NCBI GenBank assembly: GCA_017963755.1
Contig: JAGCTF010000113.1
Location: forward strand, 1-49,691
Direction: 5' to 3'
Source: Clostridia bacterium
GTDB lineage: Bacteria > Bacillota > Clostridia > UBA1212 > UBA1255
Length of the DNA: 49,691 nt
Shown here: positions 45,715-49,691 of the stretch, one piece after another
How the letters are laid out: the number at the start of each line of letters is the position of its first letter
Position numbering within the stretch: position 1 is the first letter of the stretch
Notes under the pieces: generated by a model
Seen by the model: the letters and a program-made list of their open reading frames with translations, nothing else
The model's database searches: none
What the model was told of the DNA's origin: nothing
Translations under genes and position numbers: made by a program

Positions 45715-45754
45715 AAAAAACGCCTCCAAAAGATTTTGTGTTATTATTATATCA

Positions 45755-46987
45755 CTATTGTTCTAAAAAAGAAACCTTAATTGATGAAGCGCGGCGCCCG
45801 TCCGTTGACAGCACTTCGACTTTCAGTTTTTCGTACGTGAAGCTTTCGCCGGGTTCGGGGATCCTCTCGAGTTTCTCCATCACCCAGCCGCCTACGGACA
45901 CGTTGTCCGACTCGATCTCGAGCCCGAATCTCTCCGAAAATTCATCAAGATTCGTGAGGCCGTCGACGATAAATTCATTGTCCCCGGCTTCGGCGATCCC
46001 GGTCTTCTCCTGATCGTGCTCGTCCCATATTTCGCCGACTAGTTCTTCCAGAATATCTTCCATCGTAACCAGCCCGGAAGTCCCGCCGTATTCGTCAACG
46101 ACTATGCAGATGTGCGTTTTATGCTTCTTCATGAGCTTTAAAACGTCATCGATTTTCTCCCCAGCGTTTGCGAAAACGGGAGGTGTCATCAGCTCGCCTA
46201 CGGATTTTTCGCTGAGACCGGACGGCGTGAAGAAGTCTTTGTGATGGAGTATGCCGACGATATGGTCAAGGTCTTCGCTGAACACCGGCAGCCTCGAATA
46301 GCCGCTCCGGACAAACACTTCGGCGATGCGCTGCTTGTCCCAGTCGAGCCCTACCGCTTCCATTTCGGTGCGGTGGGTCAATACGTCTTCCGCGGTATTG
46401 TCCGAGAATTCGAGAGCGTTCACGAGCAGCCTCCCTTCTTCGCGGTCAATAGTCCCTTCTTTTTCCACTTCTTCGAGTATCAGCACCAGCTCTTCCGGAG
46501 TCAATTTGTTCGTTCCTTTCGAGCCGAACAGTTTCGCGATGAGCTGCTTCCATTTTCCGAACAGAAAATTCACGGGTTTGAATATGACAGTAAGAGCGCT
46601 GAGTGCCGGTGCCGCAAATACGGCAAACCGTTCGGGATAGTCCTTTGCGATACTTTTCGGGGTGACTTCGCCGAAGATCAGCACCGCTACAGTTATCACG
46701 GCGGTCGAAACGGACGGTCCCGCTCCTCCGATCAGCCTCACGAACAAAATAGTACTTACCGACGCGAGCGCGATATTGACGATATTGTTCCCTACAAGTA
46801 TCGTAGAGAGAAGGCTGTCGAAGTTCTCGGAAAGCTTAAGAGCGAGTCCCGCTCCGCGCTTACCGTTGTCCTTCATAAGCTTCAGCCTGCTCCTGCTCAG
46901 CGTAGAATAAGCCGTTTCTGAAGCAGAGAAAAAAGCGGAACACAGCAGACAGAACGCGATAATAATTCCTTCGATCATCCCGCGCAC
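45755..46987 (-). CDS. CNNM/HlyC-CorC-family transporter (DUF21-CBS-CorC_HlyC)
   Basis: N-terminal DUF21 helices (SAFFSASETAYSTLSRSRLK), a CBS pair (VLTHRTEM..., VGILHHKDF), and the CorC C-terminal domain (VDEYGGTSGLVTMEDILEELVGEIWDE). Confidence 0.88.
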   Translation of the reverse strand: MRGMIEGIIIAFCLLCSAFFSASETAYSTLSRSRLKLMKDNGKRGAGLALKLSENFDSLLSTILVGNNIVNIALASVSTILFVRLIGGAGPSVSTAVITVAVLIFGEVTPKSIAKDYPERFAVFAAPALSALTVIFKPVNFLFGKWKQLIAKLFGSKGTNKLTPEELVLILEEVEKEGTIDREEGRLLVNALEFSDNTAEDVLTHRTEMEAVGLDWDKQRIAEVFVRSGYSRLPVFSEDLDHIVGILHHKDFFTPSGLSEKSVGELMTPPVFANAGEKIDDVLKLMKKHKTHICIVVDEYGGTSGLVTMEDILEELVGEIWDEHDQEKTGIAEAGDNEFIVDGLTNLDEFSERFGLEIESDNVSVGGWVMEKLERIPEPGESFTYEKLKVEVLSTDGRRASSIKVSFLEQ

Positions 46988-47068
46988 CTCCGCAAGCCGT
47001 GCCCGCCGTTATTTATTATAATTACTGCTTTATGCCCTTCCGGGCCTCCGTCATCAGAATCGTCCATG

Positions 47069-47296
47069 TCAGCCGAACAAACCCTTCACTTTAGAAACGA
47101 TGCCGCCTAAACCGTCAGCCTTTCCGGCGAGTTTATTCTGTACCTGATCAGTGATCATCTTGACCTGATCGTCGGGAAGGTCAACGCCTACGAGCCCTTC
47201 TACCGTTTTTACCGGGTCTTTCGCGAAATTCGCGGCAACGTCTTTGTCATTTTTTACTTTTTCTACGATTTCGTTGATCTTTGCTTTGATATCCAT
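47069..47296 (-). CDS. Small, probably helical hypothetical protein (75 aa)
   Basis: MDIKAKINEIVEKVKNDKDVAANFAKDPVKTVEGLVG..., with GGAGG 8 nt upstream of the ATG at 47296. It begins 35 nt after the stop of the ARH gene. I recognise no family. Confidence 0.6.
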   Translation of the reverse strand: MDIKAKINEIVEKVKNDKDVAANFAKDPVKTVEGLVGVDLPDDQVKMITDQVQNKLAGKADGLGGIVSKVKGLFG

Positions 47297-47318
47297 CCTG
47301 ATATCCTCCTTCAATCTA

Positions 47319-47338
47319 ATTTAAACAAATTTAAACAC
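47319..47338. repeat. Perfect 10-bp tandem duplication containing the ARH-gene stop codon
   Basis: aatttaaaca aatttaaaca. The minus strand reads GTG TTT AAA TTT GTT TAA ATT AG; in the gene's frame this is ...gtt TAA att tgt tta aat TAG. Confidence 0.85.
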
Positions 47339-49289
47339 TTGTCGAACTGCCGAATTCTGTAAAGTGGGAAGTACACGGGCCGCCTTTTGTAAACGAAATA
47401 CTGAAGTCAGTCACGCCGGAAGTACGTGCGAGCTTGAGCACGATGCGGTTGTTCCCCCTCTTTAAATGTATGTTCTTTCTGTGGAAATTCTCGGGCGTCC
47501 AGTGCTCACGTTCGTCGCTGTACGCGATCAGGTTTCCGTCTATCCACATTTTGAACGAATCCGAATGCCCTATCTGTATATTCGCCACGGTGTCCTCCGG
47601 GACGAACAGATTTCTGACCATATACACTACGCAGGGCATCGTATTCTTCATAAAGTCTTCGAAGCAGAAACGGTCCTGTGAGATATATGCCACGAAGCCC
47701 TGGTATTTCGGGTCCTGAAGCAGTTTTTCGGGAAGTACCGCGTCGCCGAGCAGCTGATCCTCCAGGTAGTCTTTTTCCCAGTCCGCTTTCATATTGATGT
47801 GGAACTGCCTTATCTTCGTAAGTGCCTCGTCCTCGTTCGCAGAAGGACCAAGTCCGGCGTAATAGCTTTCTCCCGCTTTCGGAGGCTTTACGTACGTGAC
47901 GTTTTCCCAGAACGGTCCGAATACTTTCCAGATCTGTTCTCCTATAAATCCGAAGAAGAAATCGTGCGATTCCCCTCCTTTAAGCGCCACGTTTACTTTA
48001 AGCAGATTTTTCTCCATCAGCACCGGAATATCTTTTGAAACGCTTACGGTAAAGGTAAGTTCGGGCTTCATAAGTCCGAATTTGAATTTTTGAGACTCCG
48101 GCTTTACCGTAAAGCCCTCGGGAGGAGTTACGGTCACGACGCCGCCTTCATGAAGTTTGTGAGAAGGCATAAGTTTGACCCTTATAAGCTTCGAATCGCC
48201 GGGACGTACGGTAGGTTTGCCGTCGGCATACGTGAACAGTACTTTTACCGGGAAACGGTTCTTCGGCGCAGAAGGCTCTTTGGGGAGATCCTCAGGTACG
48301 TCGCGAATGTCGAATTTAGAGTTGCGGTCGGCAAACATCGTCGCGGCTGCGGCAACGTCGTCCGCCAGGTCTTTTACGTAATACGAGCGTCTCTCTATTT
48401 CGGCGCCGAGTTTGTATATCTGGTCCCCGATAGAATATTTCTGCAGGATCGCATCGCCTCCGAGCCTGATACCCATGAGCGCTCCGACGGTCGCGCACGT
48501 GCAGTCGGTGTCAAATCCGCAGTTAAGCGCCATCATAGTCGTCGTGGTAAGGTCATCTTTCCCGAGCAGGAGCGCGGCGACAACGATCGACATATTCTGG
48601 AACATGTTCGTACAGTCGCAGTGCCCGTAATCCCTCTGAACGCGGCTGAATACGGCGTCAATATCCCCGTAATCTTCGCACCATTGCATCACGTCGCCTA
48701 CGAGCTGGTAAAATCTGGACTTATCGCTGATAAACGCGAGCGATTTTATGATAAGCTCTTTTAAGGAGATCTTTTCGTTGAAAGCCATCGACTCCATTGC
48801 CGCCAGAAACTGTTCGGCGATGATCGATTCTCCGTCGTGGTCAAGGCAGCCGTCTTTTGCCGCGAGCTGCATTGCGAGTTTTGGATTCCACGGGGCAAGG
48901 CACGCCCATATCTCCGAGCGTATCGGGCAGCCCATTCCGTCGTGGTAGAAAGGATTGTTGAATTTGCCAGTAAACGGCGGCTTGAGCCCGAGTTCAAAGT
49001 TCTTTTTGAATATCGCATATTCTCCCGGTGACGGAGGATACTTTTCATAGAATGCTTTGGCGAGATCGAGTGAAGAGAAATCCGGACCGATCTGCTCTAT
49101 GACGTCCAGCCAGAGCACCTGCAGGTCGAGATCGTCGTTAGGCAGCATTTCGGCAAACAGTTCTGGCGTAAAATCGACGTCCATCCTGCCCTTATAGCCT
49201 TCGTACGGCGCGCCTATAGTGCCGCAGATGCACTTTCCGAGCCAGCAGCCGTATACTTTATTCACGTAGTCTCTCCATTTATATGCCAT
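47331..49289 (-). CDS. ADP-ribosylglycohydrolase-fold domain fused to a C-terminal glycosidase-type beta-sandwich
   Basis: The N-terminal approximately 330 aa carry GCWLGKCICGTIGAPYEG and ALNCGFDTDCTCATVGALMGI (ARH metal-site motifs). The C-terminus has ANIQIGHSDSFKMWIDGNLIAY...HLKRGNNRIVLKLAR, resembling the N-terminal sandwich of the GH78-like gene in this window (RISADSQYALWVNSVFV...GENTLRFLIYY). Confidence 0.82.
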   Translation of the reverse strand: MAYKWRDYVNKVYGCWLGKCICGTIGAPYEGYKGRMDVDFTPELFAEMLPNDDLDLQVLWLDVIEQIGPDFSSLDLAKAFYEKYPPSPGEYAIFKKNFELGLKPPFTGKFNNPFYHDGMGCPIRSEIWACLAPWNPKLAMQLAAKDGCLDHDGESIIAEQFLAAMESMAFNEKISLKELIIKSLAFISDKSRFYQLVGDVMQWCEDYGDIDAVFSRVQRDYGHCDCTNMFQNMSIVVAALLLGKDDLTTTTMMALNCGFDTDCTCATVGALMGIRLGGDAILQKYSIGDQIYKLGAEIERRSYYVKDLADDVAAAATMFADRNSKFDIRDVPEDLPKEPSAPKNRFPVKVLFTYADGKPTVRPGDSKLIRVKLMPSHKLHEGGVVTVTPPEGFTVKPESQKFKFGLMKPELTFTVSVSKDIPVLMEKNLLKVNVALKGGESHDFFFGFIGEQIWKVFGPFWENVTYVKPPKAGESYYAGLGPSANEDEALTKIRQFHINMKADWEKDYLEDQLLGDAVLPEKLLQDPKYQGFVAYISQDRFCFEDFMKNTMPCVVYMVRNLFVPEDTVANIQIGHSDSFKMWIDGNLIAYSDEREHWTPENFHRKNIHLKRGNNRIVLKLARTSGVTDFSISFTKGGPCTSHFTEFGSSTSV

Positions 49290-49562
49290 CAGAATCAGCC
49301 TCTTCCGCTATTGTCCTGGCAGAAGGAAAGCCAAAGCCATCCGCTCCCACCACTCTTTTTATTGTACCATTATTCATTGATAATGGCAACCGGAAAACTG
49401 ACCGGCTCATCTGTTATTTCTGAACGCTGAAGTGAAAAGTTAACGTCTACTCCAAAGGGTGGCGAGTAGAATTCAGTCGTGCATCAAATTCGAGTTGAAA
49501 TTAATCTTGCAAATAGAGAAAATTATTGTGTTGCCGGCAGCCTGGGAAAGGTGCGAATTAAG

Positions 49563-49691
49563 ATGGCTGAAAGTAACAAAAACAAACACCTCACTCATGA
49601 GGAACGTAAAATTATAGAGTTTGGAATTCGAAGCGGAGCAACACAAAAGGCTATTGCGGATACTATTGGCAAACAAAAGTCAACCGTTGGA
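49563..49691 (+). mobile_element. IS30-family insertion sequence: first 43 codons of the transposase, cut by the window edge
   Basis: The ATG at 49563 opens MAESNKNKHLTHEERKIIEFGIRSGATQKAIADTIGKQKSTVG, the KHLT.EER...IA...G...ST HTH typical of Gram-positive IS30-family transposases. The surrounding roughly 250 bp are visibly more AT-rich than the rest of the window. This ORF is absent from the ORF track because it has no stop. Confidence 0.7.

Noticed and set aside
1-49691. rRNA, tRNA, tmRNA or other structured RNA genes, and prophage, restriction-modification or toxin-antitoxin loci.
   Set aside because: I found no T-loop or anticodon-arm patterns and no rRNA-like stretches in the few intergenic regions longer than 150 bp. 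No recognisable phage, restriction-modification or toxin-antitoxin protein motifs appear among the ORFs.

Overview
This looks like a chromosomal window from a moderately GC-rich Firmicute, Clostridia-like by gene content and synteny. Coding density is high and most genes are on the minus strand. I found no rRNA, tRNA, CRISPR array or recognisable defence locus.

Housekeeping blocks:
- fakB(DegV)-fakA
- metK
- comM-dprA-topA-trmFO
- nrdR
- a glycogen operon, glgC-glgD-glgA-glgP plus a GH13 enzyme
- a MutS-related ATPase next to a lipid kinase

An accessory theme of rhamnose and glycan use is scattered between these blocks:
- two cytoplasmic GH78-type enzymes
- rhaB paired with a SorE-like ketose-1-phosphate reductase
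- two tandem paralogous solute-binding proteins with no permease genes nearby
- an ADP-ribosylglycohydrolase fused to a glycosidase-type beta-sandwich

Other features are an Lrp-linked aminotransferase interrupted by an in-frame TAA, and the first 43 codons of an IS30-family transposase at the right edge.

The least expected signal is non-coding. Short tandem direct repeats with periods of 7, 10, 12, about 14 and 21 bp sit on or beside the stop codons of at least seven genes.
- An 18-unit heptamer array fills the convergent gap next to metK.
- The same heptamer family recurs at the dprA stop.
- A strictly 10-bp-phased TCCGGAAA array runs from the last codons of nrdR to its terminator hairpin.

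I know of no described element class that fits these arrays. They need genome-wide statistics before any function is proposed. All protein calls rest on motif recognition by eye; no searches were run.
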